Source: Spirochaetia bacterium | Lineage (GTDB): Bacteria > Spirochaetota > Spirochaetia > CAKZLE01 | DNA length: 64,000 nucleotides | NCBI GenBank assembly: GCA_963677595.1 | Contig: OY782041.1 | Coordinates: forward strand, 2,176,001-2,240,000 | Direction of reading: 5' to 3' | Part shown: piece by piece, positions 49,039 through 59,577 of the stretch | Position numbering within the stretch: the first letter of the stretch is position 1 | Layout of the letters: each line of letters begins with the position of its first letter | Notes under the pieces: generated by a model | Databases searched by the model: none | Told to the model about the DNA's origin: nothing | Seen by the model: the letters and a program-made list of their open reading frames with translations, nothing else | Translations under genes and position numbers: made by a program

Positions 49039-51546
49039 TCATGAATTCAACACCTCAACCAGCCCAGTTTCTCCATCAACACGGGCTCTTTGGCCATCTT
49101 TAAGAATCGAAGTTGCTGAGGGTATTCCTACCACAGCAGGAATGCCGTACTCCCGGGCTACAATTCCTCCATGACTAACAGGTCCCCCATACTCCATTAT
49201 CAGGGCACCCGCTATGGCGAACAGTGGTGTCCATGCTGGATTTGTGCTCTCAGTCACCATGATTTCGCCTTTTTTAAGCTGGGCACTCTTTGGATCAAAT
49301 ACAATCTTTATAACACCTTCGTAAGAACCTGGGGATAATGGCATGCCCTGTACATGATCTGCATCGGGGTCAATCACTGTAGAGTTGTAATAGGCGGCAC
49401 CATTGTTCAGTACTATCCTCGGGATTGCTGTCCTTTTCATCTCCTTCTCATATTGTTGTCTATTCCTGATGACCAGTGACTTGAGATCCTGATCAGTCAA
49501 GATATCCTTCATGTAAAGAAAGAAGATGTCATCTCTTTGCTGCAGTCTTCCCTCTTTTTCCAATCGCTCCCCAATTACCAGCAGGGCTTTCCTTGCCAGA
49601 AACATGAATTTCACAACACATGATTTTGGGTATTCCCGCATGGCAAGAGCGAACCTGTAATTGACCATCAGGTTCTTCAATCTGGCAGCAGCTCGTTCGC
49701 CCTTTTTCTCTCTCAGGTGCATATAGACATCTTCGATCAGGGTTTCAGCTTTCTCTCGTTTATCAGCATGGTCATTAAGATTCCTCTGATACATCTTCCC
49801 GTTCACGAATGATTTCGTTAACTCGAGAAGATAGCTAGGATCTTCTCGCCATCGGGGTGTTCCAATATCCAATTCTATGTTGCCCCTGTGACCAAAGTCT
49901 TCAAGGATCTTACGGAACTCAGGGTCATGTATGTCTGGTTGCTTTCCCAAGATATCGAGATGTTCTGCATACTCATTCAAGCGGAGCATCAATGATTGCG
50001 TGACACAATCCTCGAGCGAATGCACAAGTATCTCTGCATCGTAGGTATCAGCAAAATATTTTTTTAGAGCTTTTTCGATCTTTTGCCGGTTATTCACAGC
50101 GAGTGGGTACATCGCCTGTTCCTGAGTCAGGATGAATGCGTTTTCCAATACCGTAACAGCGAAGGCGAGACGCTCTTCATCGCTCTGTAGTGAATAATAC
50201 ATCGATATCTGCTTTTCATAGGCAGTATCACTGAGTTGCCGCAAGGCGTCATACCGTTTATCGTAGGGGATCTTATTGATCGAACGCGACTTACCGGCTA
50301 AGGATAATGAATACTTCACAATACCAAAGGGAAATCTGAAATGGATTCCCTGATGCCGAAAAGTTCTTCCGTATTCATCAATGACCTTGTACATCACACC
50401 CTTCATCGGTAGATCGTTGTTGGAAAAGACATTGGCAAACTGTTTGGAAATCATCTTACTGGCCATAAGGTATGTGATGTCCATATAGATTCGAGAACCA
50501 GCGTGTTTTACAAAACTGTTGGTCAGAGGTTTCTTTTTTCGGGCTGTCATTATATTAACGGTTATCGGGTAAAGATTGCTCAGGATATCAAAGCCCAGGG
50601 GGGTGAAGGGTTCCTTCATGCCCAGAAGGATCGTGCTGGAGCAGAGATACGCTCTCAGCTTGCTGTCCTGGATCAGTTCTTCAATAGGAAACAGGGTTGT
50701 GATATCCCGGGTCTGGAGGATTTTAAGCTCACCACTTTGGGTAAAGGCAAACTCCATATCCTGAGGTGAACCAAATTCCTGTTCAGCCATTCTCCCTGTT
50801 TGTAAGAGCTTGCTAAGCATCTCATCTGACAGCACAGGGGTATTAATGCACTGACTATCTACAACCGAACCAGTTTCCTTGTTGATCACTATCTGATTCG
50901 GCTGGACTTCACCGCTGACGATTGCATCACCGAGACCAGGTGCAGCATTGATAAGCATTTCGTTGCGTATTCCACTGAGGGGATTGGCAGTGAATAGGAT
51001 TCCGGCTGACGATGCATTCACCATAGTCTGTACGATGATCGCCTGAGCATCCTCTCCTGTAACAGTATTTCTCAGCCGGTATTCCATGGCCCGTTCATTC
51101 CACAGTGACTGCCAGCAGAGCATGATTTTCTCAAATAATGCTGCCTCCGTCACATGCAAGTAGGATGAATACTGTCCTGCAAAGCTCATCCCTGGCAGGT
51201 CTTCATGAGTAGCGCTGCTTCTTACAGCCACGTTGACTGCATTCAACTGCTTAAACGCCTTTACAATCGCTGATATTACTTCACTATCTACTTTCTCAGT
51301 GACGAAGAAAGCCTGGATCTCTTTTGACTGCTCAGCCACAGTCTTACCGGAATGCTGAATACTGTTGATTCTTTCCCTCAGTCCGTCTCTGTTGAGATAG
51401 GCACCATACATATCTGTTGTTATGACAAATCCTCTGGGAACATCGAATCCGTATCGTGTTAGTCGCGCCAAATTGACGGCCTTGCCGCCAACGAACTGGA
51501 TATCATCTGGTTCGATTTCATGTAACCACTTAATCATGTCTTCCAT
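49039..51546 (-). CDS. Rifamycin phosphotransferase-like / PEP-utilising dikinase (ATP-grasp, central domain, C-terminal His swivel)
   Basis: VGGKAVNL, AVRSSATHED...SFAGQ, QTRDITT, TNPAWTPLF, GGPVSHGGIVAREYGIPAVVG. Confidence 0.85.
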   Translation of the reverse strand: MEDMIKWLHEIEPDDIQFVGGKAVNLARLTRYGFDVPRGFVITTDMYGAYLNRDGLRERINSIQHSGKTVAEQSKEIQAFFVTEKVDSEVISAIVKAFKQLNAVNVAVRSSATHEDLPGMSFAGQYSSYLHVTEAALFEKIMLCWQSLWNERAMEYRLRNTVTGEDAQAIIVQTMVNASSAGILFTANPLSGIRNEMLINAAPGLGDAIVSGEVQPNQIVINKETGSVVDSQCINTPVLSDEMLSKLLQTGRMAEQEFGSPQDMEFAFTQSGELKILQTRDITTLFPIEELIQDSKLRAYLCSSTILLGMKEPFTPLGFDILSNLYPITVNIMTARKKKPLTNSFVKHAGSRIYMDITYLMASKMISKQFANVFSNNDLPMKGVMYKVIDEYGRTFRHQGIHFRFPFGIVKYSLSLAGKSRSINKIPYDKRYDALRQLSDTAYEKQISMYYSLQSDEERLAFAVTVLENAFILTQEQAMYPLAVNNRQKIEKALKKYFADTYDAEILVHSLEDCVTQSLMLRLNEYAEHLDILGKQPDIHDPEFRKILEDFGHRGNIELDIGTPRWREDPSYLLELTKSFVNGKMYQRNLNDHADKREKAETLIEDVYMHLREKKGERAAARLKNLMVNYRFALAMREYPKSCVVKFMFLARKALLVIGERLEKEGRLQQRDDIFFLYMKDILTDQDLKSLVIRNRQQYEKEMKRTAIPRIVLNNGAAYYNSTVIDPDADHVQGMPLSPGSYEGVIKIVFDPKSAQLKKGEIMVTESTNPAWTPLFAIAGALIMEYGGPVSHGGIVAREYGIPAVVGIPSATSILKDGQRARVDGETGLVEVLNS

Positions 51547-52210
51547 CCCTCTCTGCCACAGCTCGCTTCATGCTTGCAAGATATTTCCTACCCATTGCCT
51601 CGAGCGGTATCTCTTTTTCTGGAAGGTTCAGTTGTCTGTTTATCAATTGTTCATTGAAACGCAGGGTCCTCTCGAACAGAACCTCATCAGCTATCCTCCC
51701 ACTGATTATCTTCCTGGATATCCTGTAGAATCTTATGACCTCTCTGCTCCACATACTGGCCAGTTCCTCCGGGAATGCTGTATGGAAGATTCCCTCTTCG
51801 ATTCCCTGTTTGAACAATTCACTGAAAAAGCATGTGGTCGCATCTTCAAACGCTTCTCCCATTTTCTGATACAGATGATGATTGCCTTCGTAACTGAAGG
51901 TATGCTGTATCCGCTCAGAATCTCTGATAGCATTCTTTTTGTGCTCTCCAATCTCGAAATAGGAATCTATGAATTTATCAATAACGTTCTGATCTGTGTC
52001 ATCAAGAATTCTCTGGTATTCCGACTTGGCTTGAGAAATGAAGGCCATGATCAACTCTTCTAAGATCTCATCTTTACAACCAAAGTGATGATAGAAGCCA
52101 CCTTTCGAAACACCTGCTGTCTCTATGATGTCAGCTATCGTTGTATGCTGAAAGCCTTTTGATGCAAACAACTCCTCGGCTGTCTCCACAATCCTTTCTC
52201 GTAGCGTCAT
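51530..52210 (-). CDS. TetR family regulator
   Basis: AEELFASKGFQHTTIADI...GVSKGGFYHHF. Confidence 0.95.
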   Translation of the reverse strand: MTLRERIVETAEELFASKGFQHTTIADIIETAGVSKGGFYHHFGCKDEILEELIMAFISQAKSEYQRILDDTDQNVIDKFIDSYFEIGEHKKNAIRDSERIQHTFSYEGNHHLYQKMGEAFEDATTCFFSELFKQGIEEGIFHTAFPEELASMWSREVIRFYRISRKIISGRIADEVLFERTLRFNEQLINRQLNLPEKEIPLEAMGRKYLASMKRAVAERDGRHD

Positions 52211-52233
52211 TGGCTATTACCTCAATCTATAAA

Positions 52234-52293
52234 CTGAATACAGACCGACCGTCGGTCTGTATTCAGAATAGAACTACCTGAGTTGTTTGTCAA
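52234..52293 (-). promoter_or_regulatory. TetR operator and promoter
   Basis: 33-bp palindrome CTGAATACAGACCGAC-C-GTCGGTCTGTATTCAG (52234-66) overlapping a minus-strand TTGACA-17-TATTCT promoter. Confidence 0.85.
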
Positions 52294-52438
52294 ATCAAAA
52301 GACTAGCTCTGTTGGTTCTTATGATTGACTAAGAACAATCCACAAAGAAGATTCTTGTTTGGTACAGGGAGCTTGTATACAGCTGTCCTCCCAGGAGCCC
52401 GGATCCTAACTGAATATCATGGAACATATAGAAAATAT

Positions 52439-52525
52439 CAGACATATTATATAATATGTCTGTTTATATCAAACTAGAATGGATAAAACTTGATAAATAA
52501 TCAGACATATTATATAATATATCCG
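52439..52525. promoter_or_regulatory. Duplicated palindromic operator upstream of moaD-aor
   Basis: CAGACATATTATATAATATGTCTG (52439-62, perfect) and a near copy at 52502-25. Confidence 0.75.
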
Positions 52526-52702
52526 TATGTTGTACGATTATACAAGTTGCATGAAGACAAAAAAGAAATAACCATACTCATGAGAAGAGCCATGTACTAT
52601 GATATAGAGAACATAGGCTGAGTATCAAGGTACATGCTGCGTGGTTGATCAATCGATTTGCCGTCTGTGCAAGATATATGCTTTATGAGGGGGAGGAGTA
52701 TC

Positions 52703-52963
52703 ATGAATGTTACAGTCAAGATGGAATATTATGCATGGTACTCTACAAAGACAGGACTAAAGTCGGAAGAGATCAGTGTGAGCCCTGATGTAGAACTGGC
52801 TTATGAATCTATAGTCACATACCTGGAAGAGACGTATGGGATCACTACCCCCTTCATATTGATGCTGGGTAATACGCATATCATACGTGCATTAAAACAA
52901 AAGACCGTACTGAAAGACGGTGACGTATTCAAACTGGTGCCGACGGTGATATCCGGAGGTTAG
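52703..52963 (+). CDS. MoaD/ThiS family sulfur carrier
   Basis: ~86 aa ending LKDGD...VISGG, immediately upstream of AOR. Confidence 0.85.
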   Translation: MNVTVKMEYYAWYSTKTGLKSEEISVSPDVELAYESIVTYLEETYGITTPFILMLGNTHIIRALKQKTVLKDGDVFKLVPTVISGG

Positions 52964-53023
52964 GGCTTTGGGAAATATTGAATTGATAACAGAATGCTAT
53001 TTGAGTGAATAAGGAGAGATGCT

Positions 53024-54910
53024 ATGTTCGGGTATGCAGGAAAAATATTACATGTTGATCTTACGACTGGACAGCTTGAAGTGGAAACCCCAGATGAAAG
53101 CTTCTACAGGATGTATGTGGGAGGAAGCTGTCTAGGCGCCTACTATGTGATGAATGGAATGAAAGGTGGAGTTGATCCGCTCTCCCCTGAGAGTGTCATG
53201 GTCTTTTCCATAGGACCTATTACCGGTGCGAACATGAGTGGTGCCTGCAGGCATGCGATCACTGGGAAATCCCCTATGACAGGCGGCATCATGGCCACCG
53301 AGGCTGGTGGGTACTGGGCACATGAGCTGAGACTCTCAGGGTTCGATGCTATCGTACTGAAGGGTAAAGCGGAGAAGCCTGCCTATCTTTGGATCAATGA
53401 CGGTGAAGTTGAGCTGCGTGACGGGTCCCGGATCTGGGGTAAGACAACCAAGGAAGCCCAGCAGGTAATCAGGGATGAACTTGGAGATCCCAAGATCAGG
53501 GTCGCCCAGATCGGTATTTCCGGTGAGAACCTCTGCAATTATGCGAATGTGGTCAATGAACTGGCGCACTTTAACGGACGCGGCGGGATGGGTGCCGTGA
53601 TGGGTTCGAAGAACCTGCGGGCCATAGCCGTTCGGGGTACACAGAAGCCGGAGTTCTATGACCCAGAAGGCATGAAAGGGTTTATCAGGAGACTCATTTC
53701 CGATATCCGCAACTCCGAGCAGTGGCAGGCATTCAAACAGAACGGAACGCTTGGTGAGATCGAGGCGCAGTCGCTGATCGGCGGGCTTCCCACAAGAAAT
53801 ATGACATCAGGGAATTTCGAGGGAGCTGAAGCCCTCTATACCGAATCATTCAATGAGACGCTCATCAAGCCCGGGACCTGCCATGCCTGTGCATTAAGCT
53901 GCAAACGCCATGTTGACGGCAGTAGAACGACTGAGATCGATCCGGCTTACGGCGGACCAGAGTATGAGACAGTCGGGATGGTCGGTTCCAACCTGGGTAT
54001 CTCAGATAAAGTTGCTGTCTGCAAGCTTAATGAGATATCGGCAAAATATGCCTACGATACCATATCGTTCGGGGCGACAGCAAGTTTCATCATGGAATGC
54101 TATGAGAACGGCATCATCACCAAAGAGGACATAGGCGGACTGGACCTGAGATTCGGCAATGCTGAGGCTTCCATAGAGCTTGCAGAGATGATCGGCAAAG
54201 GTGAAGGGTTCGGTAAGCTGGCAGCGAAGGGATCGGAACTGCTGGCCAAGCATTTTGGCAGGGGGAGTGAGAAGTATCTCCTGACGGTAAAAGGGAAGGA
54301 GTTCCCTGCACATATGCCGCAGGCAAAAGGGTCCCTTGCAATATCATATGCAGTCATCCCGTATGGTGCCGATCACTGTGCGGTTGAGATGGATACCAGT
54401 ATTACCGTTGCCCCGATACCTCCCAGGTTGGCTGCTGTCGGTGTTGACCGGCCGGAAGATCCTGCAGCATTGAATATCGAGAAATCCAAGCTCAAATGGA
54501 GAACCCAGCAGGCATACAGCCTGGATGATACTGCCTGTGTCTGTATGGTGATCTTCGGGTTCGGCCCGGTGAAGGGCCATGAAGACTTGGTAGAGGCCAT
54601 AAACTATGCAACCGGATGGCAGACCTCCCTCGTGGAGATGCTGATGGCTGGAGAACGCAGGGTCCAGATGATGCGTGCGTTCAATGTCAGGGAAGGGTTT
54701 ACAAATGAGGATGATGTGCTCCCTGAGAAAATGTACGTACCGCTTGAAGGCGGGGTGCATGATGGGGAAGCCATTGACAGAGGCGCGTTCTACGAAACAA
54801 GGGATTTCTATTATGAACTGGCAGGCTGGACCGGCAAGAACGGTGCCCCATCTACAGCAAAACTGTTGTCCCTGAATTTAGATTGGGTCGTTGATTTCCT
54901 GAAGCAGTAA
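53024..54910 (+). CDS. Aldehyde:ferredoxin oxidoreductase family (tungstopterin)
   Basis: GYAGKILHVDLT, KSPMTGG, GRGGMGAVMGSKNLRAIAV, CHACALSC, GPEYET, DTISFG. Confidence 0.95.
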   Translation: MFGYAGKILHVDLTTGQLEVETPDESFYRMYVGGSCLGAYYVMNGMKGGVDPLSPESVMVFSIGPITGANMSGACRHAITGKSPMTGGIMATEAGGYWAHELRLSGFDAIVLKGKAEKPAYLWINDGEVELRDGSRIWGKTTKEAQQVIRDELGDPKIRVAQIGISGENLCNYANVVNELAHFNGRGGMGAVMGSKNLRAIAVRGTQKPEFYDPEGMKGFIRRLISDIRNSEQWQAFKQNGTLGEIEAQSLIGGLPTRNMTSGNFEGAEALYTESFNETLIKPGTCHACALSCKRHVDGSRTTEIDPAYGGPEYETVGMVGSNLGISDKVAVCKLNEISAKYAYDTISFGATASFIMECYENGIITKEDIGGLDLRFGNAEASIELAEMIGKGEGFGKLAAKGSELLAKHFGRGSEKYLLTVKGKEFPAHMPQAKGSLAISYAVIPYGADHCAVEMDTSITVAPIPPRLAAVGVDRPEDPAALNIEKSKLKWRTQQAYSLDDTACVCMVIFGFGPVKGHEDLVEAINYATGWQTSLVEMLMAGERRVQMMRAFNVREGFTNEDDVLPEKMYVPLEGGVHDGEAIDRGAFYETRDFYYELAGWTGKNGAPSTAKLLSLNLDWVVDFLKQ

Positions 54911-55057
54911 GATGTCAGGTAGATAAACAGGAAATCAGCGCAATAGACATTATGAGTAGATCCTCTAGATGGGTACAGCTATCTAGGGGATTTTCCTCTA
55001 TTCAGGGGCGCTGAAAAGGACATTATCCTTGTTTGGGCAAGAACCTTGAGGTAGGTC

Positions 55058-56242
55058 ATGGACAGATTCATCCTTGTTTCCATATATGGAGCATTCCTGC
55101 TCTTCGGACTTCCGTATACACTGCTTGGTGCAGGATGGCCTGTCATCCAGGCTGAGCTTGGTATCCCCTTGGGGTATGTCGGCATCATACAGATGCTGAT
55201 CTCAGCAGGCCCAGTAGTCTCAAGCATGTTCTCAAGCATGTTCCTGGAGCGCTATGGGATCCGCAGGCTGCTGGTCATAGGATTCGGGGTCATTGCAGTG
55301 ACGCTTCTTGGGTTCTCAGCCGCAGCGTCTCTTCTCTGGCTGATCCTTGCAGCTATACCGTTCGGCATTGGCTATGGGTTCATCAATACAGGGATCAACA
55401 GTTATGTTGCTCACCATTATAAATCACAGCACATGAGCTGGCTTCATGCGTTATTTGGGATAGGAGCCCTGGGAGGCCCATTACTGCTCTCAGTCCTGCT
55501 CCTTCATGGGCATTCCTGGCGACTGAGTTATCAAGGTGTCGTCATCCTGCAGCTTATGGCGATCATCATACTCATCGTCTCAAAACCCATATGGGATCGT
55601 GCAGAGAAGGATGACATGGACATGGACTCTGATGTGGGACAGAAGCCGGTCCGTCTCCATAAGGTATTCAGGATCCCCGGGGTCCGTCCTGCGCTCCTGG
55701 TCTTTTTCTTCTACGGAGGTACGGAGGCAAGTGTCGGGTTATGGGGTGCATCCTACCTGTTCAAGACCAAAGGGATGACAGCAGCCGCCGCAGCTGTTTG
55801 GGTATCCGTGTTCTTTGCCAGTGTGACAGCAGGCCGGATCATCGTAGGGTTCTTATCAGGCAGGCTGACAAATAATGCCAAGATCCTGCTGGGGGCGATC
55901 ATTGTATTCTCAGGCCTGCTGCTTATGATACTCCCCCTGCCGATACCGGCAGTTCTCGCAGGAATCATCCTGATAGGACTGGGGTATGCACCGATTATCC
56001 CCTCAATGCTGCATGAGACCCCTGTCCGGTTCGGGAAGGTCAATTCGCCATCTATCCTGGGTATCCAGATGGTAATGGTAGCAATCGGGGCAACCCTGCT
56101 TCCCTTTCTGTTCGGATTCATAGCAGGCATGAATACCTCTGCCAGACTTTCATTACTGCCTTGGTTCATTCTTCTTTGCCACCTGCTTGTCTGTATGAGT
56201 TTTATACGGCTTACCCTCATCACCAGAAAAGAAGCTGTTTAG
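55058..56242 (+). CDS. MFS transporter
   Basis: About 12 hydrophobic segments; LLGAGWP, MSWLHALFGIGA..GP. Confidence 0.9.
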   Translation: MDRFILVSIYGAFLLFGLPYTLLGAGWPVIQAELGIPLGYVGIIQMLISAGPVVSSMFSSMFLERYGIRRLLVIGFGVIAVTLLGFSAAASLLWLILAAIPFGIGYGFINTGINSYVAHHYKSQHMSWLHALFGIGALGGPLLLSVLLLHGHSWRLSYQGVVILQLMAIIILIVSKPIWDRAEKDDMDMDSDVGQKPVRLHKVFRIPGVRPALLVFFFYGGTEASVGLWGASYLFKTKGMTAAAAAVWVSVFFASVTAGRIIVGFLSGRLTNNAKILLGAIIVFSGLLLMILPLPIPAVLAGIILIGLGYAPIIPSMLHETPVRFGKVNSPSILGIQMVMVAIGATLLPFLFGFIAGMNTSARLSLLPWFILLCHLLVCMSFIRLTLITRKEAV

Positions 56243-56330
56243 CTCTACTGCCAGTACGGATAAGATATCAAAGAGGTGATGAGAAGAGGTGGGTTGAAAT
56301 GCTGCCGGATAGCAGGGTGTAGCCGGCAGA

Positions 56331-57014
56331 TCAGTCTTCTTCGGACTCCATCAAGGCGCTGACGATCTTGAAACGTGCCTCAACGAACTGCTTGTTCATA
56401 AGCTCCGTTACTGCAGGAAGGTCCTGCTTGGCAAATGCGTTGAGGATCTTCTCATGCTGGATCGCTACTTCCATCAGGTTCGTTGGTGGTGGATGGATCT
56501 TGGCCATCTCATACAAGTCCCAGAAAGCTGTCAGAAGCTGTTCCAGCAGAATATTCCCTGTGCTGCCGAACAGAATCCTGTGGAACTCCCGATCCTCATG
56601 TACAAAATCCTCGCTGATCTCGGCCTTAGCTTTCATACTTGTGACTTGCTTGTTCATTTCGAGTATCTGGTCCATATTGGTCCGCTGGATAGCCTGCGGG
56701 AGGGAATTGATCTCAAGGATACTGCGGATCTCCATCAATTCCAACAGCATCCTTGGCTTTGCCTTGAGCATGATCGACCAAGTGTCTATGATCTGGACCC
56801 CGATATTGGGAACGTGGACGAACCGTCCCCTTCCCTGATAGGAACGTATGATACCACTGGATTCAAAGATGCTGAGCGTTTCCCTCAATGATGAGCGACT
56901 GACGTTGAATTCGCTTATCATCTCCTTCTCCGTGGGTAATTTCTCGCCAGAATCCATACGGTCGACTATAAGGTCAATCAGTTTTTCTTCGAGTGTCTTC
57001 TCTTTACTGCTCAT
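56331..57014 (-). CDS. GntR/FadR family regulator
   Basis: GEKLPTEKE...VSRSSLRE, QGRGRFV, DREFH..GN..L (FCD domain). Confidence 0.93.
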   Translation of the reverse strand: MSSKEKTLEEKLIDLIVDRMDSGEKLPTEKEMISEFNVSRSSLRETLSIFESSGIIRSYQGRGRFVHVPNIGVQIIDTWSIMLKAKPRMLLELMEIRSILEINSLPQAIQRTNMDQILEMNKQVTSMKAKAEISEDFVHEDREFHRILFGSTGNILLEQLLTAFWDLYEMAKIHPPPTNLMEVAIQHEKILNAFAKQDLPAVTELMNKQFVEARFKIVSALMESEED

Positions 57015-57327
57015 GACTGTCAAACTCCATATTCTCTGATATTTCCTTATCAATAAACAAGTAGCTGATTATTCACGCAAATATGGACTTGTTTTTGAAA
57101 ACAAATATTATTTATATTGTAAAATTTGTCTGATAAATTATCAAGCATTATTTTCATGATCCAAGGTTTTCAACGATTTTCCTCGAGATACGGTCTCAAG
57201 CCACCGGCCAGAGGGCAATGGGCAGGAACATGTATTGCCTCTCAAACGCTTCCTAGTATATCCATAGGAGATGGATTGTCTTGATCAACACGCAAGGAAT
57301 AACCCATTGTGTGGGTGATACGATCCA

Positions 57328-57374
57328 ATCCTTGCTGCAGCCATATATCATCAAGATGAAGGCTGCAGCAAGGA
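57328..57374. terminator. Hairpin downstream of the class II aldolase
   Basis: TCCTTGCTGCAGCC...GGCTGCAGCAAGGA, 14-bp stem. Confidence 0.6.
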
Positions 57375-57393
57375 GTCCCACTCACTAGGGGAG

Positions 57394-58245
57394 TTACAGC
57401 CTATTCCCGGACATGCATAATTCAATGGAATTAGCTAATGCCCCTTCCATCGCTCTTGACCCAGTTGCCATGATATCCATCAGCCCCAGGTCGTCCGGCT
57501 TCTCAGCTAGATGTGACTTGATACCATTGATAAAGGCACTTCGCAATGCTGTGCTGAAATTGATCTTGGCGATTCCCATTTTAACAGCCTGCTGGATCTG
57601 GTCTCCGGGGATCCCAGTGCCACCATGCAGTACCAGGGGGATCGATACTTTCTCCGTGATCTCCTCCAGTCTGTTGAAATCGAGCTGGGGAGATTCCCGG
57701 TAGAACCCATGGGCGTTCCCGATAGCGACCGCCAGGCAGTCGATCCCGGTCTCATTCGCAAGGCGCTCGGCAGAACCTGCATCAGCGAGATAGGCATTCT
57801 CGATCTTCTCACCCATCTCTGTTGTCTGGCCGATGGTGCCGATCTCGCCTTCTACTGTTACACCAGCTGCATGGGCAAACTCGACGACCTTCCTGGTGTT
57901 TGCTATGTTCTCTTCCAGAGGCAGGGGAGAGCCGTCATACATGACACTGGTGAAGCCGCCCTGGATACTTCTCATCACATTCTCGATCGATTCGCCGTGG
58001 TCAAGGTGCACTGCCACTTCAAGGTCCATATCGGCACCGACATCCCTGACCATGTCGACCAGCGTCTTTGCCCCGGCATAGTATACTTCAAGGAAGTGTG
58101 CCTGAATGATGACTGGGGACCTTTTTTCGTTTGCCACTTTCAATACACTCTGGATGTTCTCAAGGTTGCAGACGTTGAAAGCCGGGACTGCATAATTGTT
58201 CTTGTATGCTTTTACCAGTAAGTCCTTCATAGGGTATAGAATCAT
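57394..58245 (-). CDS. Class II ketose-bisphosphate aldolase
   Basis: AVPAFN, HLDHG, GFTSVMYDGS, VEGEIG, GNAHG, LVLHGGTG, KIN. Confidence 0.95.
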   Translation of the reverse strand: MILYPMKDLLVKAYKNNYAVPAFNVCNLENIQSVLKVANEKRSPVIIQAHFLEVYYAGAKTLVDMVRDVGADMDLEVAVHLDHGESIENVMRSIQGGFTSVMYDGSPLPLEENIANTRKVVEFAHAAGVTVEGEIGTIGQTTEMGEKIENAYLADAGSAERLANETGIDCLAVAIGNAHGFYRESPQLDFNRLEEITEKVSIPLVLHGGTGIPGDQIQQAVKMGIAKINFSTALRSAFINGIKSHLAEKPDDLGLMDIMATGSRAMEGALANSIELCMSGNRL

Positions 58246-58270
58246 GTTATTTCCACCTTTATATAGTTAG

Positions 58271-59140
58271 TTAAAGTAAATCCATCACCCCTTCCAAGTC
58301 TGCCAATGCTTCTTTGGAAAGAGGCTGAAATGGCTTCCTACATGTCCCGCACGGCACACCAAGCATCTCAAGGGCTGCTTTCACACCTTTGAAGACACCG
58401 ATCTTCACCAGGACCTGGATGATCTGATTCGCCTCTGATTGAAGCTTGAGCGCTGAATCCAACTCACCAGCCTGGAAGTGTTTCTGTATGCGTATGAATT
58501 TTTCTGCCATGAAATTGAATGTGCTGCCGATAGCAGCTTCAGCACCAATGGAGAGTGCACTGAGGTATATCTCATCATGCCCGATGAACAGTGACTTCTC
58601 AGGGAACTTCCCGATGATCTGCTGGAGCTGGAACAGGTCGTACGAGGTGTGCTTCATCCCGATGATGCGTTCTTCTGAGAGGAACTTCTCAATATCCTGG
58701 TCTGAGAAGGATATCCCTGACATAGCCGGTACGTTATAAACGATCATAGGGACCGAGACCTCGTTCGCGATGTCCAGGTAGTACCGATAGTACTCATCGA
58801 TAGTGAATTTGAAGTAAAAGGGCGGTACTGAAGAGATGGCATCTACCTTGAGTGCATCTGCATGTTTAGCCAGTGCTATCCCATCCCTTGTAGAGAAGGA
58901 ACCGATATTGACGATGACATCCGCTTCGTTATTGACCGTTTCGACTACCATCTCCAGTATGGCCTTTCTTTCCTCCAGCGAGAGGAGATACGATTCTCCC
59001 GTACTCCCTCCGACATAGAACCCGGATACTCCTTTATCCATATTCCACGTAATCAGCTTCTTGAGTGCTGTTCTATCAAAGTCTCCCTCTTTATTGAAGG
59101 GAGTGACGAGAGCCGGGAATATCCCTTTGAATGATCTCAT
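58271..59140 (-). CDS. nanA: N-acetylneuraminate lyase-like (DHDPS family)
   Basis: GGSTGE, PPFY, YNVP, MKHTS, GHDE, IGSTFN. Confidence 0.75.
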   Translation of the reverse strand: MRSFKGIFPALVTPFNKEGDFDRTALKKLITWNMDKGVSGFYVGGSTGESYLLSLEERKAILEMVVETVNNEADVIVNIGSFSTRDGIALAKHADALKVDAISSVPPFYFKFTIDEYYRYYLDIANEVSVPMIVYNVPAMSGISFSDQDIEKFLSEERIIGMKHTSYDLFQLQQIIGKFPEKSLFIGHDEIYLSALSIGAEAAIGSTFNFMAEKFIRIQKHFQAGELDSALKLQSEANQIIQVLVKIGVFKGVKAALEMLGVPCGTCRKPFQPLSKEALADLEGVMDLL

Positions 59141-59489
59141 AGCAGTTCTCCAGATTCTTTAAAATAATATGTATGATAAATAATATGAAAATATTATTAT
59201 ATATACAACAAATTGTCAATAAATACTTTATTAAGTCTTATATGTTGGCTTGTTCGAAATACCATTGGGAGCCAGCCATAAGCGATTACCTGTATCTGAC
59301 CCTGTTGTGAGGGCTAAAATTTTAATTTGATGCCATATTGACCCTTTGGTATGAACCGATGAAACTGTTTAGGGGAGCTTGTCAGTCGGAACAGATCCGG
59401 CTTTTAAGCTGGTTTACTACAGGTTTTGTAGTATTTGTAGATGTATATCCGATAAAACTTATAAAAGGTAATACATTTAAAGAAAAAAA

Positions 59490-59518
59490 TTGACAATAGG
59501 TTCAACCTATGGTAGCCT
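59490..59518 (+). promoter_or_regulatory. sigma70 promoter
   Basis: TTGACA - 17 nt - (TG)TAGCCT upstream of the dehydrogenase. Confidence 0.55.
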
Positions 59519-59577
59519 ATATTCATAAATGGTATGAGTATTGCCTATTGTCATGATGAAATTGGAGAAGCTTGATA

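Noticed and set aside
49039-51546. PEP synthase ppsA or confirmed rph
   Set aside because: Lacks the C-terminal PEP-binding barrel of PpsA; Rph specificity cannot be shown from motifs alone.
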